A stretch of 60,377 nt of DNA from Planctomycetota bacterium (GCA_024653775.1 JANLHZ010000106.1:1-60377), one strand, 5' to 3'; numbered from the stretch's first letter, positions 9,920 to 21,045 are shown. Made by a program: numbers and translations. The notes: generated by a model not told the origin, from the letters alone.

Positions 9920-12451
9920 ATGACACCGTCCGCGTCAATCGCGCTGGAATCGCAAAAACCGAGGGAACGACAACCCGTACGTAAAATGCCGTTTTTCGTG
10001 CTCGCGATGGCATGGATAATCGGTGTCGGTATGCAGGAGCTGCTCGCGCTCGAAAGCCGGACGCTGACGATGCTTTCGATCGTGGCGATCGTCTTTTCGT
10101 TCGCGATCATTTCACGGCTCATCATCGAAAGCAGGCGGGAGGACTTCGTGCGCAATCGAATGCGAGCGCCGTGGCACAGATCCGCGGAAGTCTGCATCGT
10201 CGTTTCCGCGGGGATAATCGCGGCGCTGACGTATCAGGTCAGCCGGGAGACGATCCCCGCGGACGACGTCCGACATTTAGACATTCATCCTGGAGACGAA
10301 GTCGAGTTCACTGGCTGGGTCGAAGACGCGCCGTTACCGAGGAACAGCGAATCCGGCTACGATTTCCGCTCGCGTCTGTTCGTGCTCGAGCTTGCCGGCG
10401 TGAACGCGAAAGACGGCCATCGCGAAGTCACAGGCATGGTCGAGGCGTACGCGGGAGACGAATTCAGAAATCCGCCTCTGCCGGGGGAATTCCTCAGAAT
10501 CCGAGGCGTCTGGAGCGAGTTCTCGGAAACGGAGGGCACGCGCGGAATGTCGGCGAGGGATTTCAAGTTCAGCAGGGGAATTTTCGGGAGAGTGCGCCTG
10601 CGCATTTTCGACGGCGTCCAGTCGATCGATCCGCCTTCCGGGCTGAACCTCGGCGCGACGATCAAAAGCGCGCGGATGAACGTCACCAGCCGACTGATGC
10701 GGGACTTCGACCGACGCGTCGGCGGACTGTACGCCGCGCTGCTCGTAGGCGAGCGAAGGTTCCTGACGGAGGACGTAACCCAGAAATTCGAAAGCAGCGG
10801 CACCGTCCACCTGCTCGCGGTAAGCGGACTCCACGTCATAGCGATCGGCTCGATCTTCGGGCTGTTCTTCCGCGGTATCGGAATGCGCGGCAGGACTCTG
10901 TTCGCGTTCACTTCCGCGGTGCTGATCGTGTACGCTTTCGCGGCGGGAGCGCGAATCAGCGTCATTCGCGCGGCGACGGGCGCCGTGATCTACGCCTTCG
11001 CGGCGCTGATAGGTCGCAGCGGGAACGGATTCAACGTACTCGGATTCATCGCGCTGATGTTCCTCGTGCCGCATCCGGAGTATCTTTTCGACATCGGCTT
11101 CCAGCTCAGCTTCGCGGCGGTGTTCTCTATCCTGCTGCTTTCGACAATGGTCCCGCTCGGGAATCTCCTTCCGGTGCCGGAGGGCGCGAAGTTCCACGAA
11201 CGGCTGTTTCTGAAGTTCACCGGTAGCGTGCTCGCGCTGATTCTAGTTTCGATTGCGGTGATGATCGGAACCACGCCGCTGACGCTTTATCATTTCAATT
11301 TCGTCACGCCCGGGATGCCGCTTTTCAACGTCGTCGCTATTCCCGCGCTGACGATCGTCCTGCTAGGCGGAGTTCTGTACGTGTTCCTGATTCCCGTGAT
11401 CGACGTCCTTCCGATGAGCGATTTCATAATAGACGCGCTATCGCTCCCCGCGAAGGCGCTGCTTGCGATTCTGGAACTCTTCGCAGGTATGCCCGGCAGT
11501 TCCACCTACGGCGTCGGGCTGAGGCTTCCGTTCGTGGTCGCGATGATGTTTCTGCTCCTGCTCGTTCTTTTCAGAACGCGCCGCGGATACCGCGCGGCTC
11601 ATGTGACGATGTTCGTTCTCGCGGCGCTGCTGCTGACCGTGGTCGACGACCTTTTTTCGCGTGCGCGGAACGACACTCTTCGCGTAACCGCCATTCCGGT
11701 GGACCACGGAAACTCATTGCTTATCGAGGCTCCGGGCGATCAGGTGCTTCTTTACGACGCAGGCTCCCTCGGAAACGACGAAGTCGGCGCGAACACCATC
11801 GCCCCAGCGCTGTTTCAGAAACGAATCGATCGGATCGACGTTCTTTTCTTCTCGCACATCGACGCTGACCACACGAACGGCTTCGAGCAGCTTCTGCGAA
11901 GATTCACTATCGGGGGTCTCGTCGTGCCGCAGAACTTCGCACGGTTCGATCGAGGAAACGAAATAATGGCGGAGTGCGACCAGCGCGGGATTCCGGTGAT
12001 GCTCGCATCCACCGGCTCGAAAATAACCGGAGTCCGTGACGTAGCGATCACCGCGCTCCATCCGCCAGGGTTCGACGTGCTCGGCACCGAGCTCGATTCG
12101 AACGACTCGAGCCTCGCGCTGCTGATCGAATCCGCGGGCCGCAAAATCGTACTCACCGGCGACCTCGAAGAGCGCGGCGCGTTCACCGTTCTGCGGTACG
12201 TTGACGAATATCTCGATCCGCCGGTGGACCTACTTGTAGTCCCGCACCACGGCCGCGATCCAATGGTGTGCGGGATGTTCCTCGAAGCGCTGAGGCCGAA
12301 GTCCGCGATCGTATCGACGTCCCGCGACACGTTCAGCGCGGAAATGGCCGCGGAATACAGGCGCGCAGGCGTCGATTTGAGGCTGACTTCGAGTTACGGA
12401 CTCATCGAGTACTCAGCGGCTGAAAACGGATTCGTTCAGTCAGAAGACTAA
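9920..12451 (+). CDS. comEC: DNA uptake competence protein ComEC/Rec2
   Basis: GTVHLLAVSGLHV, GFQLSFAAV, C-terminal metallo-beta-lactamase domain SHIDADH...TGD...PHHG. Confidence 0.92.
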   Translation: MTPSASIALESQKPRERQPVRKMPFFVLAMAWIIGVGMQELLALESRTLTMLSIVAIVFSFAIISRLIIESRREDFVRNRMRAPWHRSAEVCIVVSAGIIAALTYQVSRETIPADDVRHLDIHPGDEVEFTGWVEDAPLPRNSESGYDFRSRLFVLELAGVNAKDGHREVTGMVEAYAGDEFRNPPLPGEFLRIRGVWSEFSETEGTRGMSARDFKFSRGIFGRVRLRIFDGVQSIDPPSGLNLGATIKSARMNVTSRLMRDFDRRVGGLYAALLVGERRFLTEDVTQKFESSGTVHLLAVSGLHVIAIGSIFGLFFRGIGMRGRTLFAFTSAVLIVYAFAAGARISVIRAATGAVIYAFAALIGRSGNGFNVLGFIALMFLVPHPEYLFDIGFQLSFAAVFSILLLSTMVPLGNLLPVPEGAKFHERLFLKFTGSVLALILVSIAVMIGTTPLTLYHFNFVTPGMPLFNVVAIPALTIVLLGGVLYVFLIPVIDVLPMSDFIIDALSLPAKALLAILELFAGMPGSSTYGVGLRLPFVVAMMFLLLLVLFRTRRGYRAAHVTMFVLAALLLTVVDDLFSRARNDTLRVTAIPVDHGNSLLIEAPGDQVLLYDAGSLGNDEVGANTIAPALFQKRIDRIDVLFFSHIDADHTNGFEQLLRRFTIGGLVVPQNFARFDRGNEIMAECDQRGIPVMLASTGSKITGVRDVAITALHPPGFDVLGTELDSNDSSLALLIESAGRKIVLTGDLEERGAFTVLRYVDEYLDPPVDLLVVPHHGRDPMVCGMFLEALRPKSAIVSTSRDTFSAEMAAEYRRAGVDLRLTSSYGLIEYSAAENGFVQSED

Positions 12452-12455
12452 GGAC

Positions 12456-12530
12456 GCACCTGGGACCGCGGACGTCCTCGAAGAAAACGCTTACGCGTTT
12501 TGTTCCAAAGCATCACTTACGTGATGCGCT
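12456..12530. repeat. Cluster of REP-like palindromes
   Basis: CCTGGGACCGCGGACGTCCTCG (family A module, reversed), AAAACGCTTACGCGTTTT and GCATCACTTACGTGATGC hairpins. Confidence 0.65.
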
Positions 12531-12738
12531 CCATTCGTAATTCGTAATTGGCAGTCCGTGCCACGCGTCTGCGCTACCAGAAATGTCCGGTGAATAGTCT
12601 CATAAACTTTCAAAGTCCATAATTACCGCGATGCAGAGTTTTATGGGTCGGCATGCAACTCCTTGAAAAACGTGGTAGACTTGAACCGGTGGAATTTACT
12701 TAGCGTTTAGAACTGCGCTGAGTTAGGTGGAGGATAGC

Positions 12739-15093
12739 ATGGTTGAGAAGCCGCAATCGGTTTCGGGCGCCGAGTCCACGTGGGCCGTGAATCCCGAAAC
12801 GTTCTACAGAGGTTTGATTCAGGGTTTGCATGACGACATTGTCGTCATAGACAGAAACTTCCAGGTGGTGGACATCAACGGCGCGTTCCTGCGAAGAATG
12901 AAATACGCACGGGAAGATGTGCTCGGTCGATCCTGCCACTTCATCTGTTCCGGGCTGGAAGAACCCTGCGAGCACGAAGGCGTGAGATGTAAACTTCTGA
13001 ACGTATTCCACTCTGGAAAATCGATGTCCTTTCGAAGGGTGCATCAAACGGGTGGCGGAACCAAAACTCACGTCGACATTCTGCTCTCGCCTATATGGGA
13101 AACGTCGGGCGAAGTGATGCTCGTCGTGGAGGCGATGCGCGACGTGACCGATCTTGTCCAGGCGCTGGACGAGAAGATGAACTTCGAAAGATTCGCAAGG
13201 GCGATACTCGACGGAGTCTCGGACGGTATAGCTGTCGCGGACCCGGAAACGATGGATATCCGCGCCGTGAACGACTCTTTTTGCAGAATGATCGGATACT
13301 CGAAGGAAGAGTTTTCCGGCTTGAAGCTGCGCGACATCCACCCGCTGGAAAATCTTTCTGAAGTGATGGCCGCGTTCAGGATGCTCGTCACCAAGGAAAC
13401 GAATCTGAACACGGGCATTCCCGTGATGCGCAAGGACGGGTCGGTGTTCTACGCGGACATCGTCGGGACTCCAGTAATCATCGACGGCAGGACTCAGATC
13501 GTAGGCGTTTTTCGGGACGTGACCGCGAATCTCAGAAGCAAGAAGATGGCGGAGGAACGAGAGAAGTTCATAACGCAGGTGATGCAGTCGTCGCTGAACG
13601 GAATTTTCATTTACGACGCGATCGCGAAATCGACGACATTCACGAACGAAAGGGCGTCGAGAATCACCGGCTGGTCGAGCGAAGAGCTGATTTCGATGAA
13701 CGGCCTCGATATCGCGTTGCTGTTCCACCCGGAATGCCGCGAGGAGTTCGTCACGCTGATGGAGCAGATGCTCGCGTCGAGCGAAGAAATCAATTCCGAG
13801 CACGAATACCGCGTTCGGCGCAAGGACGGCGGATACTTCTGGTGCATGGTCTGGCTGACGGCATTCGAGAGAAACGCAAGCGGCAGACCGACGAAGATTA
13901 TCGGAACCTTCGTCGACGTAACCGACAAAAAGGACCTCACGGAGCAGTTCCGTCAATCGCAGAAACTCGAGTCGTTCGGCAGGCTTGCAGGTGGCGTCGC
14001 GCACGATTTCAATAACATCCTGATGGTGATCCTTGGGAGCTGCGACCTCGCGAACCTGAAACTTCCGGAAAGTAACGAAATCCGAAGTCTGATCGACGAA
14101 ATCCGGACGTCGGCTGAAAAAGCCGCGTCGCTGACGAGGCAGCTCCTGGCTTTCAGCAGGAAGCAGCCGAGCTTTCCGTCGATAGTGAACGTCAACGACG
14201 TCATTCGCGGCGTCGAGAAAATGCTGCGCCGACTGATCGGCGAGGACATTATATTCCTCACCGACCTCGACAATAACCTGCGACCTGTGCTTGCGGACGC
14301 CGGGCAGTTCGAGCAGGTGATAATGAACCTCGTCGTAAACGCGCGGGACGCGATGCCTTCCGGCGGGAAGCTCTCGATTCGGACCGCAAACCGCGTGGTT
14401 CTCGAGGCGGAAGAAAAAAAACGTCCGCTGATTCCCGCTGGGAAATACGTCGTGATGTCGATCGAGGACACGGGCTGCGGGATCGACGAATCGATCGTTG
14501 GAAAGATATTCGAGCCGTTTTTCACGACGAAGGAAGTAGGCAAGGGCACCGGACTCGGGCTATCGACGGTCTACGGCATAGTGAAGCAGTCCGGCGGCAG
14601 CATAGTCGTAAAGAGCAAGGTGAAAGCGGGAACGACCTTCGAAGTCTATCTGCCGCAATCGAAAGAAGAGACGCAAACGGAAGAGCGGGAGAACGAAACC
14701 GTCAAAGGCGGTCCGGGCGACGCCCAGCACATTCTGGTGGTCGAGGATGAACCGCCGCTGCGGAATATACTGGAGCGCGCGCTCAGGAATCTCAACTACA
14801 ACGTGACGGTAGCCTCGAGCGGCGCCATGGCGCTCGATCTCGTCGAAAGGAACGTTATCCGTCCCGACCTCCTTATCTCGGACGTCGTTATGCCCGGAAT
14901 GAACGGAATCGTGCTCGCAAGCAAGCTCAGGGTCTCTATGCCGACGCTTAAAGTGATTTTGATGTCCGGATACCTCGACAGCGAGAAACTCGAAAGTTCG
15001 CCGGTCCCGCGGGATGTTCCGCTGCTGCATAAGCCTTTCAAGCTCGATGAACTCGCGACGAAGATCAGCCGGATCTTAGATGGCGAAAGGTAA
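12739..15093 (+). CDS. Hybrid sensor kinase with three PAS domains and a receiver domain (CckA-like architecture)
   Basis: PAS/PAC motifs, LAGGVAHDFNN, FEPFFTTKEVGKGTGLGL, receiver ILVVEDE...DLLISDVVMPG. Confidence 0.92.
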   Translation: MVEKPQSVSGAESTWAVNPETFYRGLIQGLHDDIVVIDRNFQVVDINGAFLRRMKYAREDVLGRSCHFICSGLEEPCEHEGVRCKLLNVFHSGKSMSFRRVHQTGGGTKTHVDILLSPIWETSGEVMLVVEAMRDVTDLVQALDEKMNFERFARAILDGVSDGIAVADPETMDIRAVNDSFCRMIGYSKEEFSGLKLRDIHPLENLSEVMAAFRMLVTKETNLNTGIPVMRKDGSVFYADIVGTPVIIDGRTQIVGVFRDVTANLRSKKMAEEREKFITQVMQSSLNGIFIYDAIAKSTTFTNERASRITGWSSEELISMNGLDIALLFHPECREEFVTLMEQMLASSEEINSEHEYRVRRKDGGYFWCMVWLTAFERNASGRPTKIIGTFVDVTDKKDLTEQFRQSQKLESFGRLAGGVAHDFNNILMVILGSCDLANLKLPESNEIRSLIDEIRTSAEKAASLTRQLLAFSRKQPSFPSIVNVNDVIRGVEKMLRRLIGEDIIFLTDLDNNLRPVLADAGQFEQVIMNLVVNARDAMPSGGKLSIRTANRVVLEAEEKKRPLIPAGKYVVMSIEDTGCGIDESIVGKIFEPFFTTKEVGKGTGLGLSTVYGIVKQSGGSIVVKSKVKAGTTFEVYLPQSKEETQTEERENETVKGGPGDAQHILVVEDEPPLRNILERALRNLNYNVTVASSGAMALDLVERNVIRPDLLISDVVMPGMNGIVLASKLRVSMPTLKVILMSGYLDSEKLESSPVPRDVPLLHKPFKLDELATKISRILDGER

Positions 15094-15236
15094 CTGTTCA
15101 TGGGGTAGTTCGCGTTCGTAGTGGCGCCGTAAGGCGTTATGTACTTATGCCCTTACGGGCACACTACGAACTGTATGCTCTTACAAGTTACTACGAACAG
15201 ATTTCCTATAGACTGCGAACTACCCCGTGAACAGTT
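15092..15236 (-). mobile_element. MITE-like family B copy 3, overlapping the kinase TAA stop
   Basis: TIR AACTGTTCATGGGGTAGTTCGC...GCGAACTACCCCGTGAACAGTT; altered interior. Confidence 0.8.
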
Positions 15237-15293
15237 GCGACGAAAGGGCGACGCCTAAAACGCGAGAATAATGCAGGTTTCGCGGGTGTTAAG

Positions 15294-15377
15294 TTAATTG
15301 TCTCAAGCACGCGGTTTCACTGATTCGGAGCCTCCGGACGAGGACGTCCGCGGTCCCAGGTGCCCACGATAGTTTCT
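15294..15377 (+). mobile_element. Degenerate family A copy
   Basis: TCTCAAGC...GGACGAGGACGTCCGCGGTCCCAGG...GATAGTTTCT. Confidence 0.65.
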
Positions 15378-15384
15378 TAGTTAC

Positions 15385-17550
15385 ATGACTCAACACTTTT
15401 CACGAAGGACGACTTCAATGCGAGACCACAGCACGCTTCCATCGAAGGAAGAGATCGCCGCGCTTCCGAAGGACGGCGGCACCGAGTTCAACAGACTCGT
15501 TTTCGAGTCGAGTCCGTATCTGCTGCAGCACGCGAGGAATCCGGTGGACTGGTTCCCGTGGGGCGACGAAGCCTTCGAAAAGGCCCGCGCGGAAGACAAA
15601 CCCATATTCCTTTCCATCGGATACAGCACGTGCCACTGGTGCCACGTGATGGAACGGGAGAGCTTCGAAAACGAAAAGATCGCGAACTACCTGCGTGAGA
15701 ACTTCATCTCGATCAAGGTCGATCGCGAGGAACTTCCGGACGTGGATTCGTACTACATGACGACGGTCCAGATGCTGACTGGCCAGGGCGGCTGGCCTAT
15801 GACGGTGTTCCTTACCCACGAGTTGAAACCATTCTGGGGCGGTACGTATTTCCCTCCGGAGAGCAAGTACGGTCGCTACGGATTCATCGACGTGCTCGCC
15901 GGGATTTCGCAGACGTGGAAAACGAACCGCGACGGAGTTCTGAAGAACGCGGGCGAAATCCAGAAACATATCGAGGGCGCGACCCGCGCCGCAGCGAGAA
16001 TCGAACTGACGGACGAAACTCTCGCGAAGTTCGTCAGCACGTCCGACAAGATTTTCGACTCCGAACTTGGAGGCTTCGGCCATCGACCGAAATTTCCGCG
16101 GAGTCATTCGATGTCGCTGCTGCTAAGGCTCCATAAGGCCCGCAAGGACGAAAACGCGCTGAAGATGGTCCTTGTCACGCTGAAGAACATGGCGAAGGGC
16201 GGCATCCGCGACCACCTCGGCGGCGGATTCCATCGATATTCGACCGACCGCGAGTGGCTGGTCCCGCATTTCGAGAAGATGCTTTACGATCAGGCGCTTA
16301 TCTCGCGCACCTACGTCGAAGCGTTTCAGATCACCGGGGAAAGACTCTACGAAGGCGTCGCGCGGGAGGTTTTCGATTACGTCCTTCGAGATATGACGGA
16401 CGAACACGGCGGGTTCTATTCCGCGGAGGACGCGGATTCGGAAGGAGTCGAGGGAAAGTTCTACGTCTGGCATAGAAGCGAGATCGAATCGATCCTCGGC
16501 GCGGACGCGGAGCTATTCTGCGAGGTCTACCGCGTGCTCCAGGACGGAAACTTCACAGACGAAGCCACGGGAGTGCAGGCTGAAGAAAACATCCTTCACC
16601 TCGCAGCGACCATCGAGGAGACGGCGAAAAGGAAAGGCGTCGACGCGGGCGAGCTTGCCTGCAAACTCGCGGGGATGCGCATAAAGCTGTTCGAAGTCCG
16701 GAAGCAGCGAATCCATCCGTACAAGGACGATAAGATCCTCGCCGACTGGAACGGGCTTATGATCGGGGCGCTCGCGTTCGGCGGAAGAGCGCTTGCGGAG
16801 CCGCGGTACGTGGAAGCCGCGCGGAAGGCCGCGAAGTTCGTCCTCGAGTCAATGTCCCGCGAAGGACGGCTTCTTCATCGGTTCAGGGGCGGAAACGCCG
16901 CGATCGACGGCTACCTCGACGATTACGCGTTCCTTGCTAACGGTCTGATGGACCTCTACGAGGCGACTTTCGAAACCAGGTGGCTGATCGAAGCGCGAAG
17001 GCTGGTCGAAAGCGCGGATCTGCTGTTCAAGGACAATCGCGGCGGAGGCTATTTCACCCGCGGAACCGACGTCGAAACGACGCTTTTCAATCCGAAGGAC
17101 GTCTACGACGGCGCGATTCCGTCGGGAAACTCCGCGATCACGCTCGCGCTGATGAAACTTTCGCGAATCGCGGGAGAAGAAAAATTCGAGAAGGCCGCTA
17201 GGGATAACCTCGATCATTTTTCGGCGCAGGTCGCCCACCACCCGGAGAGCTATCCGCTGATGCTGACCGCGCTTAACGTCGCGCTGAACGCGGGCAGGGA
17301 AATCGTTCTTGCGGGGGACCTCGCCGACAAGGATTTCGACGCGCTACGCGTGGCGGTGAACCGCGCGTTCCTTCCCGACGTGGTACTCGTCGCGAATCCG
17401 TCCGTCGGCGAAACGCCAGTCGAGTCTATCGCGCCTTTCGTCTCCGGAAAGACCGCGCTCAGAGGTAAACCCGCGGCGTACGTCTGCACAAGCGGTTCGT
17501 GCCAGCTTCCAGCGACGGACGCGATCGCGCTGAGCAGTTTGCTGCTTTGA
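15385..17550 (+). CDS. Thioredoxin-domain protein, YyaL/SSP411 (DUF255) family
   Basis: [44 protein letters not shown]...[10 protein letters not shown]. Confidence 0.93.
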   Translation: MTQHFSRRTTSMRDHSTLPSKEEIAALPKDGGTEFNRLVFESSPYLLQHARNPVDWFPWGDEAFEKARAEDKPIFLSIGYSTCHWCHVMERESFENEKIANYLRENFISIKVDREELPDVDSYYMTTVQMLTGQGGWPMTVFLTHELKPFWGGTYFPPESKYGRYGFIDVLAGISQTWKTNRDGVLKNAGEIQKHIEGATRAAARIELTDETLAKFVSTSDKIFDSELGGFGHRPKFPRSHSMSLLLRLHKARKDENALKMVLVTLKNMAKGGIRDHLGGGFHRYSTDREWLVPHFEKMLYDQALISRTYVEAFQITGERLYEGVAREVFDYVLRDMTDEHGGFYSAEDADSEGVEGKFYVWHRSEIESILGADAELFCEVYRVLQDGNFTDEATGVQAEENILHLAATIEETAKRKGVDAGELACKLAGMRIKLFEVRKQRIHPYKDDKILADWNGLMIGALAFGGRALAEPRYVEAARKAAKFVLESMSREGRLLHRFRGGNAAIDGYLDDYAFLANGLMDLYEATFETRWLIEARRLVESADLLFKDNRGGGYFTRGTDVETTLFNPKDVYDGAIPSGNSAITLALMKLSRIAGEEKFEKAARDNLDHFSAQVAHHPESYPLMLTALNVALNAGREIVLAGDLADKDFDALRVAVNRAFLPDVVLVANPSVGETPVESIAPFVSGKTALRGKPAAYVCTSGSCQLPATDAIALSSLLL

Positions 17551-17636
17551 GTACAGATCGGCGCACGAAATTGAAAAACTTGTCGTCTTCCGACTCCTGC
17601 GTTGCGCGAAAGCCCGAATTTTTGTACTAAGAACTC

Positions 17637-18200
17637 ATGGCAAGAGATTACAACATCCAGAAAGGGAAACTCGCCTGCTGCGTAACCCACCGCGAATTCG
17701 CGAACGGCGAGGCCTATTACAGCGTCATCCGTCCAGTGGACGACGAGAACTTCGTTCGCGAGGACTACTCCGTCGAAGAGTTCAAAAAGCTCGACAAGGA
17801 CAAGCTGTTTTCCTACTGGAAAAGCCGGAGGGTGATCGAATCGTCGCCCGGAAAGCCGAAGTTCGATCTTGCGCGGACGGAAATGTTCCTCGATTCGCTT
17901 CTGAAAAGCGAAATTCAGGATCACTCGCTTCTGTTCGTGCTGTCACTCGTGCTGATGCGCAAGAAGCGCCTCAAGGTCGCGGGAAGTCGAATCGCCGATG
18001 GGAAGGAGTTCATGACCTTCGAAGTCAGCGGCACGAAGCGAAAGTTCGACGTCGAGAACCCGAACCTGACGGACGAAAAGATCGAGGAGATTAACAATCG
18101 GATCACAATGCTTCTGACGAGCTACGATCCAGCCGCGGAGGAGAGCGAGCGGAAAGCTCCGGCCAGTGCAGTAGCAGAGGAAGAATCCACCCCGGAATGA
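17637..18200 (+). CDS. Conserved hypothetical protein
   Basis: Host-like codon usage, operon position, motifs FSYWKS and LVLMRKKRLK; function unknown. Confidence 0.7.
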   Translation: MARDYNIQKGKLACCVTHREFANGEAYYSVIRPVDDENFVREDYSVEEFKKLDKDKLFSYWKSRRVIESSPGKPKFDLARTEMFLDSLLKSEIQDHSLLFVLSLVLMRKKRLKVAGSRIADGKEFMTFEVSGTKRKFDVENPNLTDEKIEEINNRITMLLTSYDPAAEESERKAPASAVAEEESTPE

Positions 18201-18258
18201 CCCGCGAATCCGACTATTCGAGACGAACCATTAACAAGCCCTGCTCCCGCCGCGATCC

Positions 18259-19206
18259 GTGATCAACGAATTCACAGCTCATCCGAATATCGCGCTCGTC
18301 AAATACTGGGGCAAGCGCGACGACCGTCTGCGCCTTCCGTTCACGGGGAGTCTTTCGCTTACGCTCCGCGCGCTTCGGACAAGAACGAGGGTCCGCGCCA
18401 TCAGCCAGGGAACCCGCGATCGCTTCGTTCTTGGCGGCGTACCCCGGAAAGGCGAACCGCTCGCGCGCGTCTCTGCCTTCGTCGATCTGTTCCGCGAACT
18501 CGCGGGATCGAATAATGCGGTACTTGTCGAATCCTGGAACGATTTTCCTGAGTCCTCGGGACTCGCGTCGAGCGCGTCCGGATTCGCCGCGCTCGCAAGA
18601 GCTTGTAATCACGTTTTCGATCTGCGGCTTTCGGACCGGGAGCTTTCGATCCTTGCGCGCCGCGGGTCCGGAAGCGCATGCAGATCGATTTTCGACGGCC
18701 TCGTGCTTTGGAGCGCGGGCGAACGCGCGGACGGCCTCGACTCCTTCGCGCAGCGCATCGAGTTTCCGGAATCGCCAGGCCTCGCGCTTCTGATCGCGAT
18801 CGTCAGCGAGGAGCGCAAGGAGATTTCTTCCACGCAGGCGATGGAGCTTTCAGTGCGATCGCGTGGGTACGAACGCTGGATAAGGACCACCGAGGACTAT
18901 CTCGAACGGGCGCTCGAAGCCGCGAAGTCGGGGGACTTTACCGCGCTCGGCGAGGTCGCGGAATCGCATTCGAAGCTCCTGCACGAAATGCTCGAATCGC
19001 TCGATCCACCCGTGATCTACAGGACGAATGCGTCTCGCGCGGTGCTGTCGAGGGTGAAGGAACTTCGCGCGGCGGGCGTCGAAGCGTACTCGACGATGGA
19101 CGCAGGCGCGAATGTCTGCGTGCTTCTCCGCGGACGCGACCTCGAAACCGTGGAAGCGGAGATTTCGGGCGTCGAAGGCGTTCTGAGGGTCATTCCTTCG
19201 CGATGA
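18259..19206 (+). CDS. mvaD: Diphosphomevalonate decarboxylase
   Basis: AHPNIALVKYWGK, GLASSASGFAAL, ARRGSGSACRS, ISSTQAM, TMDAGANV. Confidence 0.9.
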   Translation: MINEFTAHPNIALVKYWGKRDDRLRLPFTGSLSLTLRALRTRTRVRAISQGTRDRFVLGGVPRKGEPLARVSAFVDLFRELAGSNNAVLVESWNDFPESSGLASSASGFAALARACNHVFDLRLSDRELSILARRGSGSACRSIFDGLVLWSAGERADGLDSFAQRIEFPESPGLALLIAIVSEERKEISSTQAMELSVRSRGYERWIRTTEDYLERALEAAKSGDFTALGEVAESHSKLLHEMLESLDPPVIYRTNASRAVLSRVKELRAAGVEAYSTMDAGANVCVLLRGRDLETVEAEISGVEGVLRVIPSR

Positions 19207-19723
19207 AAGCCTCGACCTCCGCGAACGGAATATGATCGGCGATCTTGGTCCCGAAAAACGCGGTCCGGATGACTCCGTCGGCGCCGATAAGGAAGTCCGC
19301 GGGCAGTCGGGTGATAGTGCCTTCCATCTTTCCGGGGAGAAACCCTTTGAAAGTCGCCTTCAGCGCGCTAAGGATGTTCGCGGGGTTCAGGAATCCCCAC
19401 GTCGAATGCTCGACGCCGAAGAGACTGTAGATTTCCTCCTTCGGGTCCGCGATAAGCGGAAACGGCGGCTGCTGCTTGCCGACGTATTTCGCGACGTTCC
19501 CGGCCTCGCTCTGGAAAACCGCGACGACCTTCAGCCCGCTCGCCGCGAGTTCGTCGTATCGATGGATGATCTGGTTCACGCGGAGGTTGCACAGCGGGCA
19601 GGAGGCGTATCTGAAAAACGCGAGCCACACTTTCGAGCCGGCAAGGTCCGCGAGGCTAATATTCTCGCCGTTCCAGTTGACGCCGATGAACGCGGGCGCT
19701 TTGTCTCCGGATGCAAGTCTCAT
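19190..19723 (-). CDS. Peroxiredoxin-like AhpC/TSA family protein
   Basis: GDKAPAF, FFRYASCPLC, PADFLIGADG. Confidence 0.85.
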   Translation of the reverse strand: MRLASGDKAPAFIGVNWNGENISLADLAGSKVWLAFFRYASCPLCNLRVNQIIHRYDELAASGLKVVAVFQSEAGNVAKYVGKQQPPFPLIADPKEEIYSLFGVEHSTWGFLNPANILSALKATFKGFLPGKMEGTITRLPADFLIGADGVIRTAFFGTKIADHIPFAEVEAFIAKE

Positions 19724-19760
19724 TCAATCTCCTCGGTTTTCCGGGTCGAACGATAGCCGG

Positions 19761-20693
19761 TCATAGTTCGTAAGTCATTCCCTCGCGAACCATCTCGACG
19801 TGCATATCGACGCCCTTCTCCTTCACGTAGTCGAGCGCCCACTTGTAGATTCCGTCGAGCTTATCGTCAGAATTGAGCGGCTCGTGATGGGTTAGACCGA
19901 TGGTCTTTACCCCGGCCTTGATTCCGAGTTCGAGCGCGTCCGGGACGGAGGTGTGACCCCAGCCGATCTTCGTTTTGTACTCCTCCTCAGTATACTGCGC
20001 GTCGCAAAGGAGGAAGTCGACGCCGCGGACGGTCTCGACAACCTGATTATTGCGCTCCTTGATAATGAGTTCCGCGTTGAGCCTCATCTCGAGTTCGTCC
20101 TCGTCGACATCTTCTTCATCGGCGCCCTGGGTCGATCCCCAGGGGTTCTGGTAAGGCTCGGTGTCTCCAGTGTAGAAGATGCTCTTTCCGCCATGCTCGA
20201 GTTTGTAGCCGAGGGCCTGTACCGGGTGGTTCATGAACCACGACGTGATTTTGACTCCGTCGATTTCGGTGTGTCCTTCCTTCATTTCGTAGTATTCGAT
20301 GTTCGTTGGTATATGCGTGAGCTTCTGCGGAAAGAACTGCTCGTGGAACTGGACGTGCATCGTCTTCTCGAAACTCGCTTCCGAATTAACGAGGTTGAAA
20401 GGGCCGTAAATTCGAATCCGGTTCTGCGGATTGTAAAGCGGCGCGAAAAACGGAAACCCGGCGATGTGGTCCCAATGGGTGTGGTTGAACAGAATAAGAA
20501 TATCCTTTGGATGTTCATCTGCTTCGCTGACGAGGTGCTCGCCGAGAACCCTGATTCCTGTTCCGCCGTCGAGTATGATGCTTCTTCCGTCGTCGAGGAT
20601 CACCTCGTAACAGGAAGTGTTCCCCCCGTACTTTACGGATGTTGGACCGGGCGTAGGAATGCTCCCCCGACAACCCCAGACTCTAAGTTTCAT
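19761..20693 (-). CDS. Metallo-beta-lactamase-fold hydrolase (phosphodiesterase-like)
   Basis: WGCRGSIPTP, YGGNTSC, HTHWDH, DAQY, GWGH, HHEP. Confidence 0.9.
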   Translation of the reverse strand: MKLRVWGCRGSIPTPGPTSVKYGGNTSCYEVILDDGRSIILDGGTGIRVLGEHLVSEADEHPKDILILFNHTHWDHIAGFPFFAPLYNPQNRIRIYGPFNLVNSEASFEKTMHVQFHEQFFPQKLTHIPTNIEYYEMKEGHTEIDGVKITSWFMNHPVQALGYKLEHGGKSIFYTGDTEPYQNPWGSTQGADEEDVDEDELEMRLNAELIIKERNNQVVETVRGVDFLLCDAQYTEEEYKTKIGWGHTSVPDALELGIKAGVKTIGLTHHEPLNSDDKLDGIYKWALDYVKEKGVDMHVEMVREGMTYEL

Positions 20694-20792
20694 CTCTTCG
20701 CTCCGAAATCGAGGAAAACCCTACGAGGAAAACCCTATGAGTAAAGCGCCGCTCGAAGAATACAACTTCAGGCAACTCTTTGACATAGACTA

Positions 20793-20902
20793 AGAAACTA
20801 TCTCAAGCTGTGGGAGTGCAGGCGTCTCGCCTGCGCAAAAGGCTTCAGACGTCTCGTCTGAAGCCTCCGAATTACCAGAAATCGGAGCTTGAGATAGTTT
20901 CT
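20793..20902 (-). mobile_element. MITE-like family A copy (110 bp)
   Basis: 17-bp perfect TIR AGAAACTATCTCAAGCT; three internal hairpins in reverse order relative to the 56026 copy. Confidence 0.85.
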
Positions 20903-21045
20903 AAATCCTCGCGCTGGTTTCACATATTGATCGGCGAAAAACTTTTTATTCATCCAGAATTTCGGTATTCAGACCTCATACTCGCGAAAGATAACTATCT
21001 AAAATAATAAGGTACAATGATAAATAATTTTTAAGTCTATAGACA

